A stretch of 64,000 bases of DNA from Candidatus Falkowbacteria bacterium RIFOXYD12_FULL_34_57 (GCA_001780285.1 MFGN01000017.1:37687-101686); one strand, 5' to 3'; counted from the first letter of the stretch, positions 36,967 through 47,310 are shown. The notes: a model not told the origin generated them from the sequence alone. Made by a program: numbers and translations.

Positions 36967-39222
36967 TTAATTTATAATCTCAAAATCATCTTCTTGTTTT
37001 TCCTTTATCAACTCTATATTGGATACAAGAGATAAATCATTAAGATTATTTATTTTTAAATATTTATTAGAAAAAGTGTAAAGTGCATCGTTAATATAAA
37101 GACTTCTTTTAACCGTATTATCATAATAAGTATATCCACCCCAGTAATCCTGGTTTGAAATTCGACCACCATCAGAATGATCTATCTTTCCACTCAGTTT
37201 AAAACCGTCTCTGGTTATATTAAATACTGCTGCGCCTGTAAAGGTAAGTTTGCTCCAGCCAAATTCTCCGGAATTTTGCAATGACACCGGAATAACTAAC
37301 AAATTTTTATCACGAGAAAATAAGAATGCTTTGTGGTCATAAAGTGCAATAGAGTCACTTCCCCTGTCCCCCATTACATAAGTATCTATCTCCTTGGGAC
37401 TTGAAACATCTGACACATCAAAAAGTGACAATTTTATTCCACGAGTAGTTACACCCCCCCACTCATTCACATCCGTATCCTTTCCTATGCCAATCATAGT
37501 ATTCGCATCATATGGATGAAGATAGTTCGAAAATCCTGGAATTTTTAATTCTCCCAATACTGTTGGTCTCTTGGGGTCTTTTAGGTCAATAACAAATAAG
37601 GGGTCGGTCTGTTTAAATGTAACCATATAGGCTCTATCCTGCATAAACCTTACTGAATAAATTTGTTCATCCTCTGCTAAATTTTCAAGTGAACCCACAA
37701 CTTTCATGTCACCATCTAATACATAAAGGTTATTATATGACTTGCGAGATTCATCATCAAATCTCGACCAGGTGCGCCCCTTGGTGGTTGCTATCCGAAA
37801 ATAATCTCCGTTTTCATCCATAGAAAACTGATTAAGAACATATCCTGTTACTTCTCCAAATGTTTGATATTCTAAAACACCTTTATTGATTGCTATTTTA
37901 TGTATTACTGTTTTTTCCAACTCTTTGGAAATATCTTTATATTTTTCTTTCATTTTTTCCTCCAGTTCTTTTTCTAAATTTTCTTGATCTGAAATACTTA
38001 ATGACTCACCAAAACGCTCTATAATCATTTCGATTTTTGTTCTTTTTTCCTCTGGGGATAAAATGAAATTTTCCACATTTTCAATTTTTACAATTTTTTC
38101 TTTTTCTTTATCCGAAAGACGAGGATAAACAATTTCACGGACAACATCCATCTCCAATTGATATTCGTTGATATATTTAGTATAAGTTATATAGATATTA
38201 TTTTGCGAAACATACATATTTTGATTTCCAGACAAAAGATATGCCTCTCCCTGAATATCCTCTTTTGGGTCTTGAATGTTAATAGAAGTAATAACTGTAA
38301 AATTATAATTCTGATAAGGGATATCAAAATAATAACTATTTGGATTAAAACATCGCACTCCCGCTTCGCATTTATTTGTTAAAATATTTCCATCTTCAAT
38401 AATTCTTGGTAAAACAGGCTCTTCTTCAATGTAATAATAATTATAATTTGCACTTACAAAATAAACATAATTTCCAATCATTCTTGAATTCACATAATCC
38501 CCCTCAATATCTAAATCCCTGATTTGTTTAGGATTCTTTTTGTCGCTGGTGTCAAATATTTTCAAAAAGACATAGTTGCTTCTTCTGCGAAAATTTTTAT
38601 GCATTTCGGTTTCATAAATTTTATCATCATACCCAAAAACAACCAATCTATTATTATCAATATAAATATTGTCAGGCCTAGACTTAAATTCTATTTTAGA
38701 CAAAACTACCGCCTTTTCCGCTGGATAAGCATTAATAATAAATAAATCATTTTTCACTAAAGCATAAACATATTTTCCGTCAGTCTTGATAATATCTGCT
38801 TCATCCACTCCTTTAACCTGCACATTAGTTTGAGAAAAATCATCTGAAGAGCCAATATTACTAACTGTTTTTGTTCCGGATCGTGGCGCAGCATTCAAAC
38901 TCTCTTTATCTACCACATCCCACATCATTTCTTTTTCAATACCATAAGAATATGAATAAGAACGACCCAGGCTATTTTCTTCAAAAAAACTTTTTATTTC
39001 TTCAGTAGTAGAAAATTTATTAATTTTACTTTGAGAAGCAAGTTGTTCCTCAATAGTAATTGCAGGATTATTCTGTGTATTAATGTTTGTTCGTTCATTA
39101 TTGTTATTTACAATGGGGAAAATTTTATTTTGTGTAGTCTTGGTGCATCCAGTCAAAGAAAAACCAAACACTGCCACAATAAATAAAAAAATAAATTTTT
39201 TAAACATAGATTTTAAATACAA
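36967..39222 (-). CDS. Large secreted lipoprotein with predicted beta-propeller-like repeats, unknown function
   Basis: Lipobox LTGC after signal peptide; 751 aa rich in Y/D/N/G beta-strand repeats. Confidence 0.45.
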   Translation of the reverse strand: MYLKSMFKKFIFLFIVAVFGFSLTGCTKTTQNKIFPIVNNNNERTNINTQNNPAITIEEQLASQSKINKFSTTEEIKSFFEENSLGRSYSYSYGIEKEMMWDVVDKESLNAAPRSGTKTVSNIGSSDDFSQTNVQVKGVDEADIIKTDGKYVYALVKNDLFIINAYPAEKAVVLSKIEFKSRPDNIYIDNNRLVVFGYDDKIYETEMHKNFRRRSNYVFLKIFDTSDKKNPKQIRDLDIEGDYVNSRMIGNYVYFVSANYNYYYIEEEPVLPRIIEDGNILTNKCEAGVRCFNPNSYYFDIPYQNYNFTVITSINIQDPKEDIQGEAYLLSGNQNMYVSQNNIYITYTKYINEYQLEMDVVREIVYPRLSDKEKEKIVKIENVENFILSPEEKRTKIEMIIERFGESLSISDQENLEKELEEKMKEKYKDISKELEKTVIHKIAINKGVLEYQTFGEVTGYVLNQFSMDENGDYFRIATTKGRTWSRFDDESRKSYNNLYVLDGDMKVVGSLENLAEDEQIYSVRFMQDRAYMVTFKQTDPLFVIDLKDPKRPTVLGELKIPGFSNYLHPYDANTMIGIGKDTDVNEWGGVTTRGIKLSLFDVSDVSSPKEIDTYVMGDRGSDSIALYDHKAFLFSRDKNLLVIPVSLQNSGEFGWSKLTFTGAAVFNITRDGFKLSGKIDHSDGGRISNQDYWGGYTYYDNTVKRSLYINDALYTFSNKYLKINNLNDLSLVSNIELIKEKQEDDFEIIN

Positions 39223-39243
39223 GGCTAAAAATTAAAAACTTTT

Positions 39244-39681
39244 TTATATATCAATAATTAAAGTAGTTGGTCCGTCATTAATTAATTCAATTTGCATCCT
39301 GACTCCAAAAATTCCGGTTTCTACATGAATATTCTTATTCTTTAAAATATTAATAAAACTATCATACATTTTTTTTGCCCTCTCGGGAGAGGCGGAATCA
39401 ATAAAACTGGGCCTATTTCCCTTTTTTGAATTACCATACAAAGTAAATTGAGAAACTATCAATAAAGCGCCTTTTGCACCTAGAAGCGACTTATTCATCT
39501 TTCCTTCTTCGTCCTCAAAAATTCTGAGATTAATTATTTTATTAGCCATCTTTTCAAGTTTTTCTTCCGTATCATCATTGTGTACAGCAAATAAAACCAT
39601 GAATCCATGGTCTATTTTACCTACTGCTTTTCCATCAACCGACACGCTAGCCTGTATCACTCTTTGTATTACTGCTCTCAT
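39244..39681 (-). CDS. dtd: D-aminoacyl-tRNA deacylase
   Basis: MRAVIQRV...SQFTLYGN...GNRPSF signature motifs, 145 aa. Confidence 0.9.
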   Translation of the reverse strand: MRAVIQRVIQASVSVDGKAVGKIDHGFMVLFAVHNDDTEEKLEKMANKIINLRIFEDEEGKMNKSLLGAKGALLIVSQFTLYGNSKKGNRPSFIDSASPERAKKMYDSFINILKNKNIHVETGIFGVRMQIELINDGPTTLIIDI

Positions 39682-39788
39682 AAATATTTAGTCTAAAGTC
39701 TATAAAATCAAAAGTCCGTAAAGCACAAAATATAAATTTATTAAAATAAATTTATCTTACAACTTTTGACTTTATAAACTTTAGAACT

Positions 39789-40121
39789 TTAGGCTTGCTC
39801 GTAAGAGCTCGCATCCATCTCCTCCCAATCATTATTATCATCGCTCCACTTATACGCCATAAGTATGTGGCTTTTTTCGTCGGCGCTATAGATATAGTCA
39901 ACTTTAGTATCCGAACCTATTCTTTTAGAATAAGTAGTTTTTTTATCCAGAATCACAGGCCTTGTAATAAGCTCTAGCCGAATTCTGCCCAAAGGGCCGT
40001 TAAATTCTATATATTCAATATCCACGCCACCCTCATCTTCCAGGTGGACAACTCCTTCATCTTCAACCCCAAAATTATCCTTGATGTTTCCTAAAATTAT
40101 TTTCCATTTATCTAGCATCAT
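39789..40121 (-). CDS. Hypothetical acidic protein (110 aa)
   Basis: ORF only; no motifs recognised. Confidence 0.35.
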   Translation of the reverse strand: MMLDKWKIILGNIKDNFGVEDEGVVHLEDEGGVDIEYIEFNGPLGRIRLELITRPVILDKKTTYSKRIGSDTKVDYIYSADEKSHILMAYKWSDDNNDWEEMDASSYEQA

Positions 40122-40327
40122 ATTTTTTTCAAGTTAATTATTAATATCGTTTTACGCACTTCTTGAAAACACTAAATAAAATAATTAAATACTTTAGGAC
40201 TTACGCGTTTACCTAAAAATTTAATCATTTAAAATCTATTCAAAATTAAACAATATTATTTATTGTAAATCTAAAAATGTACTATATTTTTAAAAAAATA
40301 ATAAAATATGCGTAATCGCAATATTAA

Positions 40328-41371
40328 CTAATAATATACAGCTTTTGTCTCTAAATCACGTTTACGATTACGGGCAATATCTATATCAATCCACCCTTCG
40401 TTAAATAATTTATCTATTGCATCATTCATGGTAATCATCCCCTCTCTTTTACCAGTTTGAATAACCGAATTGATTTGTTCAATCTTACTAAAATGAATCA
40501 AATTTGCAATAGCCCGATTATTAATCATAATTTCTCGCGCACAAACCAGACCTCCTCCCACCCTCGGTAAAAGTTGTTGAGCAACCACAGCCCGGAGAAC
40601 AACTGAAAGTTGGTTGGCAATCTGATGCTGGCTTTGGGGCGGAAAAAAATCAACAATTCTTTCAACAGTTTCTGCTGCTGTGGCGGTATGCAGGGTAGAC
40701 AAAACCAGATGCCCGGTTTTTGCCGCAGTAAGTGCAGCTCCTATAGTTTCCATATCCCGCATCTCCCCAACCATAATAACATTTGGATCTTGGCGTAAAG
40801 CAAATTTTAGAGCATCGGCAAAACTTTTTGTATCCTGCCCAATCTGTCGCTGTTCTACAATGCTTTGCTTATCATTAAAAACATATTCAATCGGATCCTC
40901 AATGGTGATAATATGTGATCTACGTTCATTGTTTATAATATCAATCATGGTGGCAAGAGTTGTGGATTTGCCCGCACCAGATGGTCCGGTTACCAAGATG
41001 AGACCATCTTTCAAGTGTGTTAATTTATACACTATCTCAGTAAAACCAATATCTTCCGGCTTTGGAATTTCGGTAGAAATTAAGCGAGCAGCCAACGCAA
41101 TCTTTCCTCCCTGATAATGCAAATTTACTCTAAACCTAGTATTAAAAAACTCCATAGAAATATCTAAATCTAATTTTCTTTGAAGCCGTTCTTTGTTTGG
41201 CTTTTCCAAAATACCAAAAACAGCATATTTTAATTGTCCATATGGTATGACTGTTTTTTCAATTTTAATCAATTCTCCTGCAATCCGCAAAGCGGGGCAG
41301 CTTCCCTCAACCAAATGAAGATCTGAAGCACCACTTTCTATAGCTTGTTTAAAATAATAAGATAAATCCAT
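40328..41371 (-). CDS. pilT: Type IV pilus retraction ATPase PilT
   Basis: Walker A GPSGAGKST, Asp box, Walker B and His box; PilT-type AIANLI motif; 347 aa. Confidence 0.9.
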   Translation of the reverse strand: MDLSYYFKQAIESGASDLHLVEGSCPALRIAGELIKIEKTVIPYGQLKYAVFGILEKPNKERLQRKLDLDISMEFFNTRFRVNLHYQGGKIALAARLISTEIPKPEDIGFTEIVYKLTHLKDGLILVTGPSGAGKSTTLATMIDIINNERRSHIITIEDPIEYVFNDKQSIVEQRQIGQDTKSFADALKFALRQDPNVIMVGEMRDMETIGAALTAAKTGHLVLSTLHTATAAETVERIVDFFPPQSQHQIANQLSVVLRAVVAQQLLPRVGGGLVCAREIMINNRAIANLIHFSKIEQINSVIQTGKREGMITMNDAIDKLFNEGWIDIDIARNRKRDLETKAVYY

Positions 41372-41408
41372 GAAATTTAGTAAAAAATTAAAAGTCGAAA
41401 GTTTATAA

Positions 41409-41457
41409 AGTCTGGAATCGCTTCGCGATATTAAATATTGCGAAGCGATTCCAGACT
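41409..41457. terminator. Strong hairpin: 18-bp perfect inverted repeat with 13-nt AT loop, likely bidirectional terminator
   Basis: agtctggaatcgcttcgc (41409-41426) and its reverse complement (41440-41457); U-rich flanks on both strands. Confidence 0.55.
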
Positions 41458-41503
41458 TTGGACTTTAAAAACTTTTTAGCTATCAATAATTAACATATAT
41501 TTT

Positions 41504-41548
41504 GGCTGATCCGCCTCGCTGTGCCCGCCCCAGGCTAAGACGGACAAC
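41504..41548. repeat. Degenerate or compound member of the GGCTGRTCCGYC hairpin motif family
   Basis: GGCTGATCCGCC...GGCTAAGACGGAC; shares the GGCTGATCCG box with 12083 and a reverse-oriented TCCGTCTT with that copy. Confidence 0.4.
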
Positions 41549-41605
41549 TTTCAACTAACTACTATTATACCATTTTTTCATCAATTAATACAAAAACCTT
41601 TGACC

Positions 41606-42571
41606 TTATAAACTTTTCATTTTTGGCTTGCCGACTTGCCGGCTGAATTCACATCCACAATAATTTTGTCTATATAAATCCAACTCTTTGGATAACTTAA
41701 TTGATTTTTGAAAACCACCATCTTTCTTAAAATCTTGACATAAAAAACGAACTCCGTATTTTTTCTCCATATCAAAACCAATATTTTTTATTATGTCAAA
41801 ATTTTTATGCGGGCTGACTGTGAGCGTGGTAGTGAAAAAATCAAAATTTCTTTTTTTTGCCACCTGAACCGTTTTTTCCAACCTATCCCTGAAACACGCT
41901 TCACACCTTATTCCTCTCTCCGGCTCATTTTCCATACCACGAATTTTTTCCAGCCATTTATCGTGGCTATGGGGTCCGAGTATTAATTCTAGTTTATATT
42001 TTTTAGCTACTCTAACTACTTCTTTTAATCTTTTTTTGTATTCTGCTTTAGGGTGCATGTTGGGGTTATAATAATATAAAACAATTTTATAATTTTTTTG
42101 TAACAAACTAGAAACATATACCCCGCATCCAGCACAGCAAATATGTAACAACAATCTTGGATTCCTCTTATCTTTATGCTCCCATATTCCACCCTTGACA
42201 AATGCTGCCGCTAAAATAATCATAGCGCCAAGCATTCCGGCTAAAAAATCAAAAAAAGATGCATTCCTGTATGGTAAAAAACTTTGAATATACTCACAAA
42301 ATATTGCATAAAAAGAACTCCAAAAGAAAGCAATCATTATAGATTCAAATTTTCCATTATTTGTTAAATAAAAAAATACAAAAATCAAAAATGACAACAC
42401 GCCAAATAAACTAAAATGAATAATTTTATCCAAAAAAATAGGGGCAGGGACATTGGATGGTAATTCTTGAATAGTCAGTAGCCATAAAATAAAAAATTTC
42501 CAAAAAATTAAAAAAACAAAAACAAAAACAGCCATCTTGTTGATTTCGTTATTTTTTTTAAACAAAAACAT
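41606..42571 (-). CDS. Fusion protein: N-terminal VanZ-like membrane domain + C-terminal epoxyqueuosine reductase QueH (DUF208)
   Basis: VanZ motif ...CEYIQSFLPYRNASFFDFLAGMLG in TM region; QueH signatures LLLHICCAGC near domain start and YCGCEFS at C-terminus. Confidence 0.7.
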   Translation of the reverse strand: MFLFKKNNEINKMAVFVFVFLIFWKFFILWLLTIQELPSNVPAPIFLDKIIHFSLFGVLSFLIFVFFYLTNNGKFESIMIAFFWSSFYAIFCEYIQSFLPYRNASFFDFLAGMLGAMIILAAAFVKGGIWEHKDKRNPRLLLHICCAGCGVYVSSLLQKNYKIVLYYYNPNMHPKAEYKKRLKEVVRVAKKYKLELILGPHSHDKWLEKIRGMENEPERGIRCEACFRDRLEKTVQVAKKRNFDFFTTTLTVSPHKNFDIIKNIGFDMEKKYGVRFLCQDFKKDGGFQKSIKLSKELDLYRQNYCGCEFSRQVGKPKMKSL

Positions 42572-42618
42572 AATGAAAAATATAAAATTTAAAATTATTG
42601 AGTGTTAACAATTAATTA

Positions 42619-42972
42619 TTACTCCATCCTTCCTTCTCCTACTGGATTATATTTATTCTGTACCTCATTATAATCTGAGAATCCATCATTATCAGTATCT
42701 TTTCTTAGGGGATCTGTGCCGTACCATTTTTCTAATTTATTACTTAATCCATCGTTATCACTATCCACCTCTTCATCATTTTCTTTAATATTTATTTTCA
42801 TCAAAGCTTTATTGATATTATTTTTAAGCATCATCATATTCTCCTCTTTTCGAGACCAGTAAAAAACACCAAATATCATTAATCCAACAGAAAATAAAAT
42901 TATAAAAAATCCAGCGCCAAGACCCTTTTTTTTAACCTCTTCTTCATATTTTAACAAATTTTTAGTTATCAT
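42619..42972 (-). CDS. Small bitopic protein with thrombospondin type-3-like Ca-binding repeats
   Basis: TM helix then DSDNDGLSN...DTDNDGFSDYNE Asp-rich repeats. Confidence 0.45.
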   Translation of the reverse strand: MITKNLLKYEEEVKKKGLGAGFFIILFSVGLMIFGVFYWSRKEENMMMLKNNINKALMKINIKENDEEVDSDNDGLSNKLEKWYGTDPLRKDTDNDGFSDYNEVQNKYNPVGEGRME

Positions 42973-43010
42973 AAATAAATATTTAGTATACGAAAAATAT
43001 TAATCAAATA

Positions 43011-44060
43011 CTACACATTTTTATTTTTTTTATCAAAAATATTAAAACTAATAACAATAGTCATCATTATAAATATTAATAAAAGTATTGCAAAAAACTT
43101 TCCCCTGCTTTGCAAAAATAATGCACTTAAACCAAAGATAGTTGAAGACAAGTAGTAAAATAAAACTGTCTTTCTTTGATCAAATCCCAAATCTATCAAT
43201 CTGAAATGCAAATGCTTTCTATCAGAAAATGTAAATGGATTTTGTTTGTTTTTTATTCTTGTTGTCATGATCCAGATCACATCCATAATTGGTATCCCCA
43301 TCACCAATAGCGCAATGGCAATTTTCCCCCCGGATATAACTGCTAAAACTCCCAATATGAATCCTAAAAAAAGCGACCCACCCTCTCCTAAAAAAATTTT
43401 TGCTGGATACCAATTAAAAATTAAAAAAACAAGTAAACAAAAAAATAAAACAAAAGAAGCTATTCCAATATCTGCCTGATAATATTTTGTAGTCATTGTA
43501 AATAAAAAAATAACAAAAGCGCCAATTGCGGTCACTCCGGTGACCAATCCATCTACTCCATCTAATAGTTTAGTGGTATACATCATGCCCAAAAGCCATA
43601 AAAAAATAAAAATGCTGGAAATGAACGAAAAATCCCCAACACCAAAATCTATAGTTCCTCCGAATGGGTTAGTGACTTTTTCAATATTTACACCCCCGAC
43701 AATAACACTAAAAGCGGCTAAAACAGGCCAAACAATTTGCCACTTTGCCTTTAATTTGAATTTATCATCTAAAAATCCGCCGATCATTAAAAAACATGAC
43801 CCCACAAAAACCCCTAACCAATGGCTTGTCTCCAGGTTACCAGATAAAATATCATTTTTTATATAAAACAACATTAAGAAAAAGGCTATAAAAATACCGA
43901 CCCCACCTAAAAGAGGCGTGCCTTTTTGATGTTTTTTTCTTTCAATATCGGGAAAATCTAAAATACCAAAACTAAGCACCAAGCGCCTAATTAATGATAC
44001 AAAAAGTGTGGTAGCCAATATTGTAAAAATAGCTATTTTTACATAATAAATCCACATCAT
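43011..44060 (-). CDS. Polyprenyl-phosphate HexNAc-1-phosphate transferase, WecA/TagO/MraY family (GT4 integral membrane)
   Basis: 10-11 TM, DDxxK motif (FLDDKFKLKAKWQI), DGVDGL motif, C-terminal DRKHLHFRL (WecA-type HLHH-like motif). Confidence 0.75.
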   Translation of the reverse strand: MMWIYYVKIAIFTILATTLFVSLIRRLVLSFGILDFPDIERKKHQKGTPLLGGVGIFIAFFLMLFYIKNDILSGNLETSHWLGVFVGSCFLMIGGFLDDKFKLKAKWQIVWPVLAAFSVIVGGVNIEKVTNPFGGTIDFGVGDFSFISSIFIFLWLLGMMYTTKLLDGVDGLVTGVTAIGAFVIFLFTMTTKYYQADIGIASFVLFFCLLVFLIFNWYPAKIFLGEGGSLFLGFILGVLAVISGGKIAIALLVMGIPIMDVIWIMTTRIKNKQNPFTFSDRKHLHFRLIDLGFDQRKTVLFYYLSSTIFGLSALFLQSRGKFFAILLLIFIMMTIVISFNIFDKKNKNV

Positions 44061-44120
44061 AATTCTCAGTTTCTATTGCTTAAATAATAACTTAATTATT
44101 ATTTAAGATTATAAATTACA

Positions 44121-46868
44121 TTACAATTCTTTTCCTTTCTGAATTTGTACTTGAGCACCATCATCAATAATCACCGTATCACGCCTTTCAAGCCTTCCCC
44201 CTAAAATACTATTAGCAATTTCATTGTCAATACTATCCTGCAATAATCTGCGCAAGGGACGAGCTCCGAATTGCGGATCAAACCCCATTTCAGCTATTTT
44301 TTTTAAACCCCTCTCATCCACCCTAAACCCTATTCCCTTTTTTTCAAGCATTCTTCCTGTTTTGATAAGCATTAATCTTGCAATATCAACAACATTTTCC
44401 ATGCTAAGTGGCTTAAAAACTATAATCCCATCAAACCTGTTTATTAACTCTGGTCGCATTATCTTGTTTAAATGCTCATTAACTAAGACCTGTTCAATTT
44501 TTTCTATTGGGGTTCCCTTTCTTACTTCATCCTGAATATACAAAGCTCCGGCATTTGAGGTTGCAATAATGATTGTATTGGTAAAATCAATAGTTCGCCC
44601 TTCACCATCAGTCAAGCGCCCATCATCAAAACAAGCTAAAAATAAATTCAGAATATCACCATGAGCCTTTTCAATTTCATCCAACAGCACCAAAGAAAAT
44701 GGTGATTTACGAACCTGCTCTGTTAAATAACCTTTAGTACCGCTCGCATCTCCAATCATTTTTTTAATGCTATCAGGATGTTGATATTCACTCATATCCA
44801 AGCGAATCATGTATTTTTCATCGCCAAAATAAACACTAGATACGGTTTTGGCTAATTCCGTCTTTCCTACGCCGGTTGGTCCCAAAAACAGAAAACTCGC
44901 AATTGGACGCTTATCTTCACGCATTTGAATTCTGGCTCTGCGCAGGCTTGCAGACACCATTTCCACGGCTTCTACTTGATTTATCATTCTTTCATGAATT
45001 TGTTTTTCCAAATTCAATAACTTTTTTCCCTCATCTTCCCCTACTTTTGAAATAGGAATACTGGTAATTTCGCTAATCACCTCGGAAATATCTTCTTCTG
45101 AAACAATTGAATTCTTTCCCTTTTTGGCAGTTCTTACTGCCACCAACTCCAGAATATTTACCGCTTTACCGGGTAAATATTGATCATGGATATATTTCTT
45201 TGATAATTTAATTACTTGTTCAATGGCGCTATACGAAAAATAAATTTTATATTTTACTTCAATATGTCCGATTTTACTTTCCAGCATCTGAATAGCTTGA
45301 TTTTCTTCCGGTTCTTCAATATTTATTCTCTTCATAGTATTACCTAGGGCTGTATTCTCTATATATTTAATATAATTTTTATTTGTTGAAGAAGCAATAC
45401 AATAAAAATCATTCCTTTCCAGACTGCTGGCTAAAACTTCAGACAAATCTAAACTTTGTTCTTCGCCCGAAGTAATTCCAATTATATTTTCAATATTATC
45501 TATAAAAAGCACGATGTTTTTTGATTTAGCCAACTCATCTATTATAGCCATCATTCTTCCTTCGGCCTGAGATGGTGTCGCACCACTTATCAATCTAGCG
45601 GCATCCATTTCTACCAACCTCTTATCCTTAAAAATATCTGGAACATTTTCACTAACCATTCTTTGCGCAATTCCCGCTACCACCATATTTTTGCCAACAT
45701 TTGGTGGTCCGGTAAGTATAACTCCATGTTCCCCGCTTTCAAAATTTTGAAAAATATTTTCTATTTCTTTTTCACGCGAAATACAATATTCCAACCTATT
45801 CCACTTAGCGGCCACAGTTAAATCGTATCCAACCTGATTTAAAATCGGCGTAGCAACAGAGGTGTAAGCTTTATCCATATTGGAACCAGGCTTATAACCG
45901 GCCATTTTTCTGTATTGCCTATGAGCTTCAATTAACTTATCATTAACAATGAACCATAAAATAACATTATATATTTTATTTTTATCAATTTCTAAATCAT
46001 ATAAAATTTCTTTTATCATTTTATCTTTTTCAAGACAGGGAATAATAAAATTCTTTGGGGTTACCTTTCTTTGTTGAAGCTTGTAAACCTGAATATAAGA
46101 TTCTATTAAAGCTTCTTTTATGGTTCTTGAAAGCTCTGTTTTCTTGTCGCTAATTTCTATTTTTTCTATCTGTCTTTTAAGATTTTCTATTAATTTTTTG
46201 CTATCAACATTCAGTCTAGAAAAAATAGCTGAAACTTGTATGTCTGATAAAATAACAAAAAACAAATGAATTAAGGTCACATATCTATGATTAAGAGAAT
46301 CGGCAAGTAAAAAGGCTTGCTCCACAAACTCAAGAGTTTGAGCGGGGAAACCTGTCGCTACATCAATTTTAAAATTTGACTTAGTCCCTACAAGTTCTTC
46401 CCAGTTATTTGGCAAATCTGTATTTGTTTCTTTATATTGGAAGGGCTTTATTTTGTACTGCCGTCTTTGTTCTTCATTCATTCGATAAAAGACAAACATA
46501 TCAGCCAAGACACTGACCCAAAAAAATAAAATTAAACCGCTTTTTTCGCGCCAAAAAGCAAAAGACTGTAAGTTGTCCAAACCTTGACTGGTTTGGTAAA
46601 TCCAAAAAACCAAAGATAAAAGGCCTGCGAGGCCGATTATATAGGAAAAAATATTAATTACTACATTAAATTTTTTTCTGAAATGATTTATTTCTATTGT
46701 GGTTTTGGTAAGCTTTGGTCCCCAATAAAAAAACCTTCCGTTAAAAAATGTACCCAAGGCCATACCGGCACAATCAGAACAACCAAAACCATATTTATTT
46801 TTACCTGTCCCCTCGCATGTCGGGCAAGTTATAAATAATATTTTATTGTCTTTTTTTTCTTCTTTCAT
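44121..46868 (-). CDS. ClpA/ClpC-like double AAA+ ATPase with N-terminal zinc-ribbon and two TM helices (membrane-anchored)
   Basis: N-terminal CPTCEGTG...CSDC then two hydrophobic helices; Clp_N-like repeats; AAA1 Walker A GPPNVGKN; AAA2 GPTGVGKTELAK; no long ClpB middle coiled-coil. Confidence 0.8.
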   Translation of the reverse strand: MKEEKKDNKILFITCPTCEGTGKNKYGFGCSDCAGMALGTFFNGRFFYWGPKLTKTTIEINHFRKKFNVVINIFSYIIGLAGLLSLVFWIYQTSQGLDNLQSFAFWREKSGLILFFWVSVLADMFVFYRMNEEQRRQYKIKPFQYKETNTDLPNNWEELVGTKSNFKIDVATGFPAQTLEFVEQAFLLADSLNHRYVTLIHLFFVILSDIQVSAIFSRLNVDSKKLIENLKRQIEKIEISDKKTELSRTIKEALIESYIQVYKLQQRKVTPKNFIIPCLEKDKMIKEILYDLEIDKNKIYNVILWFIVNDKLIEAHRQYRKMAGYKPGSNMDKAYTSVATPILNQVGYDLTVAAKWNRLEYCISREKEIENIFQNFESGEHGVILTGPPNVGKNMVVAGIAQRMVSENVPDIFKDKRLVEMDAARLISGATPSQAEGRMMAIIDELAKSKNIVLFIDNIENIIGITSGEEQSLDLSEVLASSLERNDFYCIASSTNKNYIKYIENTALGNTMKRINIEEPEENQAIQMLESKIGHIEVKYKIYFSYSAIEQVIKLSKKYIHDQYLPGKAVNILELVAVRTAKKGKNSIVSEEDISEVISEITSIPISKVGEDEGKKLLNLEKQIHERMINQVEAVEMVSASLRRARIQMREDKRPIASFLFLGPTGVGKTELAKTVSSVYFGDEKYMIRLDMSEYQHPDSIKKMIGDASGTKGYLTEQVRKSPFSLVLLDEIEKAHGDILNLFLACFDDGRLTDGEGRTIDFTNTIIIATSNAGALYIQDEVRKGTPIEKIEQVLVNEHLNKIMRPELINRFDGIIVFKPLSMENVVDIARLMLIKTGRMLEKKGIGFRVDERGLKKIAEMGFDPQFGARPLRRLLQDSIDNEIANSILGGRLERRDTVIIDDGAQVQIQKGKEL

Positions 46869-46895
46869 TGTTAAATGTTAATTGTGAAACATTGC

Positions 46896-47300
46896 CTATG
46901 TTCCCTGAAAATATTTTGAAAACAAAGAAATTATATCAAATTGAATAACAAAAATTTGAAAAACCACAAACAGGGGTAAAACAAGCCAAATAAAAAAAAG
47001 AGTAATTCCAACAATTACCCAAAACAGCATCATGATACTGCGAATAATTACTTGCGTTAAACGCATCAAAAAACTAATCACTCTTCCCCGCCAATCTTCT
47101 TGTCCATACATGGGTTTATGAATATTTTTAATCCACACAAGCAGGGCAAGCGACTTTTGTCTATGATCCAAAAATGCTATTATGCTCTTAGCTCGCTCTA
47201 CCAATCCATAAGAATACCACCAAAATGGAAAAAACAAGATATCCCACGCAGTTTCTCCAAGTATTTTTATGCTATAAGCAATAAAATTATTTGTCACCAT
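46896..47300 (-). CDS. Hypothetical membrane protein (134 aa)
   Basis: Two C-terminal TM helices; ORF only. Confidence 0.35.
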   Translation of the reverse strand: MVTNNFIAYSIKILGETAWDILFFPFWWYSYGLVERAKSIIAFLDHRQKSLALLVWIKNIHKPMYGQEDWRGRVISFLMRLTQVIIRSIMMLFWVIVGITLFFIWLVLPLFVVFQIFVIQFDIISLFSKYFQGT

Positions 47301-47310
47301 AAAAATTAAG

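Noticed and set aside
40680-41114. 144-aa ORF antisense to pilT
   Set aside because: Embedded in a high-confidence gene; Pro/Ser/Arg-rich junk translation
43011-44060. Calling the polyprenyl-phosphate transferase MraY
   Set aside because: The C-terminal DRKHLHFRL motif and absence of neighbouring mur/fts genes fit WecA/TagO-type transferases better than MraY (which has PIHHHFE)
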